In this document: in pieces, positions 12,964 through 24,830 of the stretch
How positions within the stretch are numbered: position 1 is the stretch's first letter
Layout of the letters: every line of letters begins with the position of its first letter
Source: Podarcis bocagei
Lineage: Eukaryota
Assembly (NCBI GenBank): GCA_964188305.1
Contig: OZ076889.1
Strand: one strand, 5' to 3'
Length of the DNA: 64,000 bases
Notes under the pieces: generated by a model
Told to the model about the DNA's origin: nothing
Seen by the model: only the letters and a program-made list of their open reading frames with translations
Database searches by the model: none
Position numbers and translations under genes: made by a program

Positions 12964-13528
12964 AACATTAAGAAAGATATGATTACAGATTTCAGTAGTC
13001 TATTATTCGTTTGCTTTATACCAGAATCAAGTATCGGAAATGTGCTGCAGAATGCAGTTAATACTCCAGAGAAATGAACAGGCCTGAGTATATTCTAAGC
13101 CACCCTTCACAAGCAATCCCCAATACCTAGGGAAGACTAGTCCATGCCCTTTCAGGTTTAAAGTGTGTCATCCTTATATATGGCATATTGTTGAAGCAAG
13201 AGATTCAAAGATGCTGTTGATGGTAATGGAACAGGGAGAGAAGACACAGGTGTTGGGGGAAGCAGTAGCCAGGATATGGGAAAACTGAGAAGAAGTTTCT
13301 CTAACCACCCACAGCAGGTTTTTTTTGAGGGTGCAGGAGGGTGCTGCTGTAGGGAGAAGTGCATATGTCTGCTCAGCTCAAGTACTGATGGCTTTGGATA
13401 CAACTGACATTAAAGCAGCATCTTAAGATAGGAAACTGCAACAGAACTCCCATATACTTGTGTCCACCCCAAAATATCAGCCAGTGATAAAGAGCTGCTT
13501 GATTTTCAGAATACCCAACTTCCTGTAC

Positions 13529-13596
13529 CTTTAAGTGATCCAGGGACAGTGTAGCTTTAGCTTTAGTTCCAAGGGGATTTATATGTTGGAGATTGC
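13529..13596 (-). other. STAU1: Probable STAU1 non-coding 5'UTR exon
   Basis: Branch-like ctaac plus a long pyrimidine tract, then tttatag|GCAATC...CACTTAAAG|gtacag. Resembles (from memory) the short human STAU1 5'UTR exon. Confidence 0.55.
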
Positions 13597-16452
13597 CTAT
13601 AAACAAAAGAAAAAGGGGAGAACGTTAGAAAGATGCTTTTGAGTAGTACAGTATTATACTATTGCACAATGAACTACTTATCAACATTACCAGGAGCAGC
13701 ATTTGGAGAAAAATTCTCATTAGATTAAAATTGTTCAGCACATATGCTTTGAAAGGTTTAGAAATGTTTACTTTTTCAGAAGTGTTAGCTATGAAGTCAT
13801 TCCAGAGAGGGTCTTCAAGAGACAGCACCCATTACAGTTAAAAATTAGCCAGTAATTATCTGACACTCTCAAAAGGGAGGCACGCCTGGCACCAACTCTG
13901 TCGTCATTTTGGCCTCAGGCAAAGGTGTTTTTGTCTTCCTGGGCATCATCAATTGGATGTTTTTAATCTGAATGTTTATATTTGTGCATTTTAAATATTG
14001 TATTACCTTCTTGCTGCAAATCGCTTCAGGGCTTTTTGTTGTTGGAAGCGATTCATAAATTGAATAAACCTAAATCTAAACAAAGCCAGTTCACTCCCCA
14101 AAAGGCTGATTTGAAGCATTTCACTATTCCAAACATTTTTGAGGTGGTTAAATGACAATATTTGATGCCTCCTCTTTAGAGCCAGCAAGTTGTTGATCCT
14201 GAAGAAAGAGAACAGAGAGTCTTGTTTCCATATTGCCAAAACTAGCCCTGTAGGTATGCTTGAACTGTGTTTAATTTTGGCAACCGTGCCTTCTTAACTG
14301 TATCTTGGTGCTACCTATTAACAGCCTCTTCTCAGCCCTGCACAAATCAGAATTATACACACATATAAGTACACACATATAAAGCTCACAATGATAATAC
14401 ATGTCTTTCTGCTCTGGCAACAGAAAGGCAGTCTGCTCTGAGATTTCAAAGCTTGCTGTCCCCTCCTGTTAGGATTAAGCGGAACTAAGAAATAATACTT
14501 CATTGTTCATAGATTCCATTAAAATATGATGCCAGGAATGTGCAAGAAACCTACCTGTGCAGGTTTATAAGCCGTTAGTGTAGCTATGACCCCCTGATTT
14601 AAGTCTTCAACCACACCAACACACTTGGGCTGTGAATTCCAGGTGTGTCAACTCTCTACATTTTATAGGGAATGAAACCCAATTGAAGTGTGATGACAGC
14701 CATGCCCAATCATGCATAGTTAAGTGAAACCAGCTGTGCGAACTTAAATCAGGCCTGAGTGCATTTCAAAAAGTAGCTTTTACAGATACTTTGATCAGTG
14801 CTGTACTTTTTTTAAAAGTTACAGAACGTTCATGAACACTCCTATTTAAATAGTAATTTCTTCATGGCAAATGCCTTAGATTAATCCAAGTTAGTTACTG
14901 CAACACATCCTCATGTTAAACAACTGCCCTGTGCCCGAACATAATTGTGACATGCTTACTGTTTTGTACAAAGGAAGTGGTAGACTGCAGAAATCTGATG
15001 ACCATGAAGAATAAAGTTAGAGCGGCTAGTGAAATGGAATGCATTTTGGTTAGAATGTCACCCTATCAGATCTCCCTTTTCCTCACTTCTAGTCAATGTT
15101 GTTGTGAGCATAAAAGATGGCTACACCAGTCCTGATATGCAACAGTGGAGATGTTAGACAAAATAGGCATACAGCTTCCTCCTCTGCAAGACAAACAGAT
15201 CAAATGATGCAATATGTGGAGATATGTAGCTAGCTATGAGTTTTATGGAGCATCAGCAACAAGGCCAAGTTGTACCACAAACTGGAGCAAACTGACCTGA
15301 CAAAGATATAGTTGACAATGCTTTAAAAGACAACACATTTGTCACTGGAGATTAGGGATGCTAGTGACTACAATAAAGCTCAAGATGAAAAGATTCTAGA
15401 GACTCTTCCTGATCTCCATCCAGCTTGTTACACACACATCCTGCTGGGAAATATTTGCTGCCCTATACATATGATTCATTATTCTTGTGTGTTGTAGAAG
15501 ATGCCATACATACACTACTTTTGTGCGACTCCAGATGCTGGCATTGCTTGCTAGGGCTGATGGGAGTTGTAGCTCAGCAATATCTGGAGGGCCAAAGGCT
15601 CCCCACTCCTAATCTACAGCTTTGACATATGCTTGTACCATGGGATCATTATTACCAAAAAGTTACATTCAAAGTCTCTTAAAAACCAAGGTAAGCAAGG
15701 CAACATGTCAAGACTTCAATTGGCTATGCATGAACATGATCTATCAAGTTAGCATAACAGCCCATAAAGAGCTCTCACACAGGAGGTTATACGATAGTGT
15801 GCTAGTGGTACACACGTCCAAATAGGTTGCAGCCTCTGAATATTGGGGTCTATTATAGTTATTAAAACCCCATGCTGGTGTGTAACACTTGCCAACCACC
15901 AAGTGATTTGTCTACATTTCTTTCAAAGTTCTAAGAATAATTGGTGGGAATTTAAGTACCGGTACTTGTTTCCCGACTGCCTAAACGTTTAACCTTTACG
16001 TTCCTAGGGACAGAGGTGTCTTATGTCTGCCATTTACACAAGTCACATGCAATAACAGGTAGCAAATAACTTTGAAATGGAAATAACAACAGCAGCTTTA
16101 CATGTTAGATAATCTACTACAGAAGTTCTGTAACTACACTGCAAGCCAAAAAATAGTTTGCAATCTGCCCAACTATTCACCAATTGCTTACAGATCAAGT
16201 TCTTTCTTGCTCCAGGCAAAACTGGCCAGACCTCTTCCTAAAAACATGGACATGCTTTGATGTTCCTAACAGTGCAGATTGTCAGTGTTACATATGACTG
16301 TAAGACAGAGGAAGAACCCACCTCTCCCCTCATGTTTTGCTAGTTTGCTTGCAAGAGCCATCTTAATGGCACTACAAGATTACATTACTACCACTATGAT
16401 TTGTGCTATGCTCAGTAATATATTTGTGGTATGTGCTATATGTTTGCCAATA

Positions 16453-16454
<2 letters not shown>

Positions 16455-16499
<45 letters not shown>
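16455..16499. repeat. (TG)n microsatellite
   Basis: Seen directly. Confidence 0.95.
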
Positions 16500-16500
<1 letters not shown>

Positions 16501-16851
16501 AGAAAGAGAGAGAGAATACATTTGGATTCAAGCATACTCCCCAAGATTGGATTTTCAGGTCTTAACATGTACATTATGGGGTCCTGAATGTTTTTATCAT
16601 CAACATTTTCAGCGGTTCACTTATTACACGGGTGTCAAACACAAGGCCCGCGGGCCGAATCCGGCCCGCCAGACCTCCTCATGTGGCCCGCGTAGCCGCC
16701 GTTCTCGCCCGTCCAGTGCACCATCGCCTGGTTGTGCGCCGCGTCGCCTTTCAGCACGAAGGAGGTGGTGACCCCGCAGGTGACCACCGGCGCGACCCCG
16801 CAGGCCGCCCGCCTCGTCCCACGGGCTGCCGCGTCTCTGGCAGGGGGGGGG

Positions 16852-17430
16852 GAGGCTTCGCAAGGCTAAAGAGGAAGCCAGGGCAGCGAGCGCGATCCAT
16901 CCCGTTCGCTGCTCTGGCTTCCTCTTTAGACTTGCGCGCCTCTCCGGGGGGGGGGGGGGGAGGCTTCGCAAGGCTAAAGAGGAAGCCAGGGCAGCGAGCG
17001 CGATCCATCCCGTTCGCTGCCTTGGCTTCTTTAGCCTTGCGCGCCTGGGGGGGGGGGGAGGAGGAGGCTTCGCAAGGCTAAAGAGGAAGCTAGGGCAGGG
17101 AACGCGATCCATCCCGTTCGCTGCCCTGGCTTCCTCTTTAGACTTGCGCGCCTCTGCAGCGGGGGGGGGGGGGAGGGGGGGAGGAGGCTTCGCAAGGCTA
17201 AAGAGGGAGCCAGGGCAGGGAACGCGATCCATCCCGTTCGCTGCTCTGGCTTCCTCTTTAGACTTGCGCGCCTCTCCAGGGGGGGGGGAGGCTTCGCAAG
17301 GCTAAAGAGGGAGCCAGGGCAGGGAACGCGATCCATCCCGTTCGCTGCTCTGGCTTCCTCTTTAGACTTGCGCGCCTCGGGGGGGGGGGGAGGAGGCTTC
17401 GCAAGGCTAATGAGGAAGCCAGGGCAGAGA
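16852..17430. repeat. Tandem array of about 90-nt palindromic units separated by G-runs (5 full + 1 partial)
   Basis: Units begin gaggcttcgcaaggctaa at about 16852, 16960, 17064, 17184, 17288, 17393; each full unit is an imperfect inverted repeat. Confidence 0.95.
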
Positions 17431-17689
17431 GCGCTCTCCAGCCGCAAGAGATCTACCAGAGGTAGATCTTAACCCTTGCCTCACCTGGGAGCTTCTCTGG
17501 GCAGGAATTCCCTTAGCTTAAGTGGGGTGGGGGAAGTGTGGCAGGTAGGGGGGTACCTGCCTAGACACTGAAGCCACATGTCTCTCAGATGAAAATTGGG
17601 AGTGGGCATTGTGTGAAGTGGTCTGATGGTGGGCATTGTGTGAAGTGCTCGGATGGTGTGGGCATTGTATGAAGTGCTCTGATAGTGTT

Positions 17690-17995
17690 TCCTACTTTGC
17701 AGGGGGTTGGACTTGATGACACTTGTGGTCTATTCCAACTCTATGATTCTATGATTCTAAGTGGCTGTGGATCTCCTGCTGCAGAACTGTAGGACTGTAT
17801 AGAGTTGGGAGGGCCACCCGAGGGTCATCTAGCCCAGCCCCCTCACAATGTAGGAATCACAGCTAAAGAACGCCAGACAGATGGTCCCCCAACCGCTGCT
17901 TAAAAGCCTCCAGTGGTGGAGACCCCAAACACCTTCCGAGGTCATAGAATTGCAGGGTTGGAAGGGAACCCCAGGAGTCATCTAGTCCAGGCCCG
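17690..17995. mobile_element. Three CR1 LINE 3'-end fragments nested in the hAT element
   Basis: ggttggac...ttccaactctatgattctatgattct (CR1 octamer tail, plus strand), followed by two minus-strand CR1 3' ends (...gtcatctag...). Confidence 0.75.
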
Positions 17996-18626
17996 GTGGA
18001 CAGCGGGCGCAATCCATCCCGTTGCGCAAGACTAAAGATGCTGCGCAAGGCTAAAGAGGAAGCCAGGGCAGTGAGTGGGATGGATCGCGCTCACTGCCTT
18101 GTCTTCTTTAGCCGCGCTGGAGAGGTTTAGCTCCTGGCTGGAGAGGTTGCGCGGCTATGGATCCCGTGCGCTGTCTTGGCTTCTTTGCTCTTTGGGGCTG
18201 GTGGGGGAACCCGGGCTTCCCCCGCAGCCCCGAGAAGCTCTGGGAGAAGCAGACAGGCTGCACGCAGCCTGTCCGTTGCTCTTTGGGGCTGGGGGGGAGG
18301 GATAATATTTTTTCCCTTGATTTTCCCCTGTAAAAACTAGGTGCGTCCTGTGGTCCGGTGCGTCCAATAGAGCGAAAAATACGGTAAAAGCCCATCAACT
18401 TCAGGGGTCTCAGCCTGCTCAAATATTTTAGGCCGATACAACCGGCCCTTTGAGGGTGACCAAACTGCTGGTGCGGCCCCCGATGAATTTGAGTTTGACA
18501 CCCCTGACTTATTACCAACACAGATAACCTAGAGTTCAATCTTCTTGTGGTTCTAAAGAACACTGTTCCTCAAAACCCCAGGAACTTCAGATATACCAAC
18601 TACATTTTCATTGTGCTGGACAGTAC

Positions 18627-19670
18627 ATGACTAGGGACTCATACTATGACATGCTAAAAGGGATAGAACAGGGAAGAATTGGGTACTCCATCCAGATGGA
18701 GGATTGGGAAAGATTGTGGCAAAAGGATTTAAAATTTACAGCCTGCTACACAATAAAAGAAAACTTTATGAAAATGCTATACAGGTGGTACATAACCCCC
18801 AGCAAGCTGGCCAAAATATATAAATCAAAGTCAAGTGTATGCTGGAGGTGTAATCAAGGGGAAGGAACGATGAGCCACATGTGGTGGGGTTTGTGACAAA
18901 AATAATTTTGGGGGGAATTTTGTCTATGACGAATTTTTAAAAAATGTTCAAAAAAACATTTGAGAAGAAACCCGAAGCCTTTCTTCTGGGCATTATGACA
19001 ACTGATATTTCAAATGATTAAAAAGGGTATTCCTATATGCTACAACAGCAGCAAGAATGTTAATCACTAGAAATTGGAAGGGTGATAGGACACCAACAAA
19101 AGAAGAATGGCAAATCAAATTGTGTTAGTATTTGGAATTAGCAAAAATGACAGAGGCAATTAGGAACCAACCAAACAAAAAAATTTAAAAGGAGTGGGAA
19201 TGTATAATAATAATAATAATAATAATAATAATTTATTATTTATTATTTATTATTATTTATTATTTATACCCTGCCCATCTGGCTGGGTTTCCCCAGCCAC
19301 TCTGGGCAGCTCCCAACCGAATGTTAAAAACACAATACAGCATTAAACATTAAAAACTTCCCTAAACTGAGCTGCCTTCAGATGTAAAAGATTATATGGA
19401 AAACACTGTTCTCAGATAAAATCCTTGATACGTTTCGACTAAATTTTGCAAAGTAAAGAACAGATAAGAGATATTGTGTAAGAGAAGGGTAATAAGGAAA
19501 AACAACACAGGTGAAAAGAGAAGGAAGAAACAAGAAGCCGCACTGAGGTTGTGGGAAGTCACTTGTAAAGAAATATCGTTATTGTTTGGTTGATATATGT
19601 GCACAATATATGTTAAAGAGTGAATGGAATACGTATATGAATAATAATTTTAAAACTCAATTAAAGAAGA
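18627..19670 (+). mobile_element. L1-clade LINE 3' remnant (ORF2 C-terminus), interrupted by an L2 tail at about 19205-19385
   Basis: KENFMKMLYRWYITPSKLAKI...CWRC...GTMSHMWW zinc-knuckle motif typical of L1 ORF2; frameshifts and stops. Confidence 0.85.
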
Positions 19671-22099
19671 AAAAGATCAGGGAAGAATTATCGGTAACTG
19701 GTAAGAAGAACTGCCTTATAGTTCAGTCTAAAGTCTGTTCCCTGAAGTAAGACAGGCTGAGATGTTGTATGCATTTTGTTGGATGCTATTTTTTATAGGT
19801 TTCCCCAGAAAGACAAGCAATATCTAGATATGTGAAAGGCATACCGGTGGTGGTGGGGGGACCAGATCAGAAAAACTGGGAGGGGGGAACCTAGGTTTTT
19901 TCCGGGTCTTCTTGTCTCCAGCTATTTGTTGTACCTTTATTGTCCATCAATATGGTATTTTAAAATATTAAATGGTTTAGAAATATTCCAATTAAAATAT
20001 GGAGGAACCAGGTAACTGTTTACAGCAAAAGCCACTGGATGCATCAATAAAAGCTTATGCCATAATAAATCTGCCCAATGTTAAGCCTCTCTACAAGACT
20101 CTGGTTTTGTTGCAACTGACTTATATAGGTATTCTTCAAGGAAGTGAAATGAAGGGTATGCATCAGTGCTTTGGCTCAATTACCATTCATTCGAGCAAGA
20201 TTTGTACCTATGAGTTCCCTGATGGAATGCATTCTGTAGTTGTGAAAAGTGAAAAACAACAAAATACACACACGCTATTTCCTGGTCCCTTTAGCCTGTA
20301 TGTTCCATGTCAAAAGGTACCCAAACACTTTGAAATGGAAAGAATTCAGTCTGCCAAACACAAAGATAGCAGGGTAAGCATATTTTAAGAAAGATTGCCA
20401 ATTCCAAAATTGATGGCTAATACCGATGGTACCTGCAGCAATCCCTTCGTTGTAGCTGCACAATTGTACAAATGGAAACACCTCCTGCCTCTTTGAGACT
20501 TTCAACAGCACACCATGCTAAAAGCAAAAAAGCATTAATGCTTCTGAGACCGGTGAAATTGCCACCCTAACTCAATTCAGGCTGTCTGCAATAGCACAAT
20601 AAGTAAGGCCATGTATGGTAGATGCGCAACAACTGGTAGGTTGTGACGCTCTATGGTAGGCCACACTAGCAGCACTATCAACTTTTAAGATGATAAAATG
20701 GAGAAAAAGGAAAAGCAAACAAATATTTAGTAAAAAAAGACAACAGAAGGAGGCACCATGTTGTAGGCTAAACTTCAAGTTAAATTCTAGGACTCAGGGG
20801 GAGGAAGCCGCAGAAGGAGCAGTGGTCGGTGAGCAAGCTTGGTCTACAGAAAGTCTCTAGCTCTGCTCTCAATTCCATTTCAGCCCCTCTCTCTTTCCTC
20901 TCATCCAACAGGTCTGCACAAGGGGCAGTATTCATACACTAGATTACTGTTTAACCTTTGGGCCCCAGATATTGTTCGCATATATTGTTCAACTACAATA
21001 CCCATCATCCCCAGCAAACATGGTCAAAGGTCAGGGATGACAGGAGCTGTAGTCCAACAGCATCTAGGGATCCAAGATCGAAGAACACTGCACAAGGCCA
21101 TACCTCCACCATCCTAATTTTGATGTTATGGATCATCCCATGGTATACTACTCAAGGAAGTGTCGAAGGAATATCCTCTATGGCCCCACTTCAGTTTCTT
21201 CCTGCAACCGCTTTCAGTTTACTTAAGAGTTTTGCTAAGCAGCAGAGCAACTGGTAGGGACAAATTTTTCACACTGCACTTCAGACACTGTTGCATATGC
21301 CTAAAACCAATGTTAGCCTAGGTTTTACAAACAAGTTCACACATTTGCATTTATTACGTGCTGACTGCAGCTTCACACAACATGTATAAATAAGCCATCA
21401 CAGATAGATCTGTATTTACTCCTAAACAATGTTTTTCAACAGATTCAGTTCACACCCTTAGCAGTTGTTTGTCAGATGTTGTGTAATCAAGGGATATACA
21501 GGCCATGCATTAATCATCCCCCAGTAAGTCTTTGGAACATGACTTTACTAGTGTCACAAAAGCATAAATTCACTTAGAGATCACTTCCTTCTCCTTTCAC
21601 AGTCCTATCATGCATTAAGTATCACTAAATTCTATATGACATTTCCTAGTAAGAGTTATTAAGATTGAAGCTTTAATCTGAGAGAGCATCTTACTAGTCA
21701 GGTATGAATGTCTGATAATATATAGCACAGAATACAGTCTAGCAAAGCTGAATTTAATAAAAAATGTTAAACATTCTGGTGCAGTGTCAAATATCTATTT
21801 GATCAAGTGTTTGCTTTGTAGGGTCACCATACAGCGCTATTTAGAACATGACTTAAAACAACCAGACTGATAGTTTAAATATATCAAAAATCGCATTGGT
21901 CTCTTGACTACCAGTTAACTTCTACAGGATTTAGCTTTACGATTCCATGAAACCCACAGTATTAAAATATTTTCAAGTTCTCAAGCATATACTAAAGTGC
22001 GACAATGTGGCTGTGACAAAGTATTGTTCGCTATAATTCCTACTCACCAGGACTGATTCAGAGAACTGGATTGGGAGATTATGTGTCTGCCCCCTGTTT

Positions 22100-22800
22100 A
22101 GTATTATTAATATTTTTTTATTACCCACCCTTCACTCTAAGGTTCCAGGGCACGTTAGAACATTAAAGCACAATATTAAAAACATTTTAAAGTTGCAATA
22201 ATAAAAATAAGGTGGGTCCTAAAGATCCACACCTCCATTATACAGCATTTTGGAAGGTGCATAATGGAGGTGCCAGACATAACTCTGTGGGGAGGGAATC
22301 CCAGGGTTTAGAAGCCACCACAGGGAATGCCCTCTCCTGGCTGTCACCTGCAGGAACTTCCAAGAGTGTCCCTTCTGCTGGTCTCAGCATGCAAGAGGGT
22401 CTGTAGGGAAGGAGGCGGTCTTTCAGATATTTGGGGCCCAAATGAAGTTGAATAGGGCTTGAGAGAATTTTGAATTGTGCTGGGAAATGAACTAGTAACC
22501 AGTGCAGCTGTTTTAAAAGAGGGGTTATAGGAGATGTAAACGGAACCTCCAGCTGCTGCACTTTGGACCAACTGAAGTTTCCAAGTCGTCTCCAAGGGAA
22601 GCCCCATGTAAAGCATGTTGAAATAATCCATTCTGGAAGTTATCAGAGCATGGAATACTGTGGTCAAATCTTCTCTGTCCTAAAGTGAATCTGCCAGAGC
22701 TGAGAAAAGGCAAAACCAGCTACTGAGGCCTCCTGAGCCTCCAGTGACAGTACTGAATCCAGGAACACCCCCAAATGATGAACCTGCCCCTTTCATGGGA
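22100..22800 (-). mobile_element. L2 LINE 3' fragment
   Basis: HALITSRMDYFNMLYMGLPLETTWKLQLVQSAAA and ITPLLKQLHWL motifs of the L2 ORF2 C-terminus. Confidence 0.85.
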
Positions 22801-22849
22801 GTACTGATGGAACTATATGAAACCACTAGAAGCACTCATCAAATTGGGG

Positions 22850-23470
22850 CACAGTGTTAGGCTGATATGCCAACTATGCTCTTTCCTGGACAGGGTTGGC
22901 TACTGTGATTCACGTGGCTACTGTAATGTGCTCTATGTGGGGCTCCCTTCGGGAATGGTCCAAAACCTGCAGCTGGTGAAGAATGCTGTGGCCAGGCTGC
23001 TGAGTGGAGCACCAAGATGTGCACATATTACACCTGAACTGAATGAACTGCACCGGTTGCCAATCAGTACCAGAGCATGTTCAAGGTCCTGTTAATATAT
23101 AAAACCCTAAAAGACTACCTGCCACTGTTCTTAGATCATCACAGGAAATTCAACTTGTGGCACTGCATCCTACAGAATATCATGTGGTGGTGACCCAAAA
23201 ACAGGCATGCAGAGTGCCCTTCCTTCTGCTGTATGTGAAGCAGCAACCATCAGTTGCTGCAGAAGTCTTGTGAAGACGTATCTTTTCACCCTGGCTTCCC
23301 CTGACTTTGCTTCACATATTTGAATCTTCTGAATTTGCTTTTATGCATTTTTATAATGCTGTTTTACTAGTTTCAGGTTCTGTTTTAATGTATTAAAGAT
23401 TTGTTTTCTTTTTTAGACTGCACACTGCTGCACACTGAAGTAGTAAGTGGTATATAAATGCTTTGAAATA
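22850..23470 (+). mobile_element. L2 LINE 3' fragment
   Basis: YCNVLYVGLP...LQLVKNAVARLLSG...HITPELNELHRLPI; A-rich tail near 23470. Confidence 0.85.
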
Positions 23471-23853
23471 AAATGAAAAATTCATATCACCAAAGATGAA
23501 GCAACATATGCAAATACAAAACTATTTAAGTTTCAGAAGTGGTTCTGGTTCCAGGCTGAAGTGGAAAAGAGTACACATCTAAAGCTTGCTCATATTGCTA
23601 AAGTTAAACGACAGGAGACCAATTAAGTTTGCGGGCATATATAGTGGAAAAAGATTAAACCATTAGAGCCATTAAGCCATTCATTACTTCCATTAGGAGA
23701 TGAAAGCATTATGTTTGTAAGCGAGAACACAAAAGACTTTCCCTCCAATTAAACTGAAACTTGACAGCAATATTCCAAGGCTATCTTGGAGAAAGCAAGT
23801 CTTGGGAGAAGCCTGAAGCAACTAAAGTCTGATCCAGTAAACACTACAGGATT

Positions 23854-23950
23854 TACCATATTTTTCGCCCTATAGGACACACTTTTCCCCCTCCAAAAAT
23901 GAAGGGGAAATCTGTGTGCGTCCTATGGGGCGAATACAGGCTTTCCCTGA
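23854..23950. mobile_element. Tc2/Kanga-like (Tc1/mariner superfamily) MITE terminus abutting the STAU1 CpG island
   Basis: TA + ccatatttttcgccctataggacac; same terminal sequence family as 37605 and 18300-18386. Confidence 0.65.
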
Positions 23951-24830
23951 AGCTTGAAGAGCGAGAGGGGTCGGTGTGCACCCCACCCGCGCCCCCCACC
24001 CCGGCCGCCGCCTGAGGGGCCCGAGCCTCGTCTCCCGCGCCCCGTCCACAGGCCCAACCCCAAGCGCAGGCCCGGCCGTGGCCTCTCCCCTCCCACATAT
24101 CCCAGCGCCGCGGTAGGAGTGGCGGGCGGGGGGTGGCTGGGAGGGACGCCCGCCTTGCCTGCCTGGCTGCCCACCCGCCCGCTGCTTCTCCGCCCCTCAC
24201 CTGGCGGTTGTTTTGGGCTGCGGCTCCCGGGCCGGCTCGTCTTGGCGGGCGGGCCGTGGGGCGGCTCAGTCCATGGGCAGCTGGCAGGCCGAAGAGGGGG
24301 GGGTCCGGGGAAAGGGGGGGGAAGGCGAGCGAGTCGCGGCGGCGGCAGACACAGGGCAAACACTAAAGAGAATGAGCGGGGCCAGCTCCGGCCGGGAAGG
24401 AAGTGACGGCACCACGCGACGGCGTGGGGGGGGGAGGAGGAGGAGCCAACCAGGCCTCTCGCAGCTATTTATAGCGCCGCCCAGCGCAGAGCGCGCCGCC
24501 AATCCCGGCTTCTCCAGCCGGCGGGACTACTCCTCCCGGCATGCCCCGCGGCTGTCACTTAGGCGGCCCGTCGGAGTCTCCAGCTCGCTCTCGCTTTCCC
24601 TCCCTTCCGCTTTGCGAAGGAGGCGAGACTACATTTCCCAGCATGCTGCGCTCGCAGGGGAAGTGACAGCTCTGCCGCCACGCGCTTTCCAACCAGAAAC
24701 CCTGGGACTCCCGGCCGCAGCCGCTCCGGAAGACGCGGGGAGGGAGGTAGTGGGGCAGCGGGGAATGCGGGGAGGAAACTATTCCTGTCGGGTCCCCAAG
24801 GTTGGCCCTCGCGGGAGGTCCCAGGTGGAC
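23950..24830 (-). promoter_or_regulatory. STAU1 CpG-island promoter
   Basis: Very GC/CpG-rich. TATAAATA on minus (24473-24466), CCAAT 24499-24503, GGAAGTGA 24399-24406, and two ZNF143/SBS-type motifs ACTACTCCTCCCGGCATGC (24526-24544) and ACTACATTTCCCAGCATGC (24628-24646). Confidence 0.85.
24201..24440 (-). other. STAU1: STAU1 non-coding exon 1 (5' end approximate)
   Basis: Strong donor CCGCCAG|gtgagg at 24200 inside the CpG island, downstream of a TATA box and an ETS-like acttcc start region. Confidence 0.75.

Larger units (their letters stand above)
16627..18506. mobile_element. Composite non-autonomous hAT element (1.88 kb)
   Basis: TIRs cacgggtgtcaaac / gtttgacacccctg, ggcccg subterminal motifs, perfect 8-bp TSD acttatta (16619-16626, 18507-18514). 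Confidence 0.9.

Noticed and set aside
16852-17430. CRISPR-like repeat/spacer array
   Set aside because: Eukaryotic intron; the units are about 90 nt and the spacers are just G-runs with no unique sequence; no cas genes.
16624-17447. Long overlapping ORFs (202, 149, 138 aa)
   Set aside because: Translations of the GC-rich tandem repeat; periodic, low complexity, no domain.
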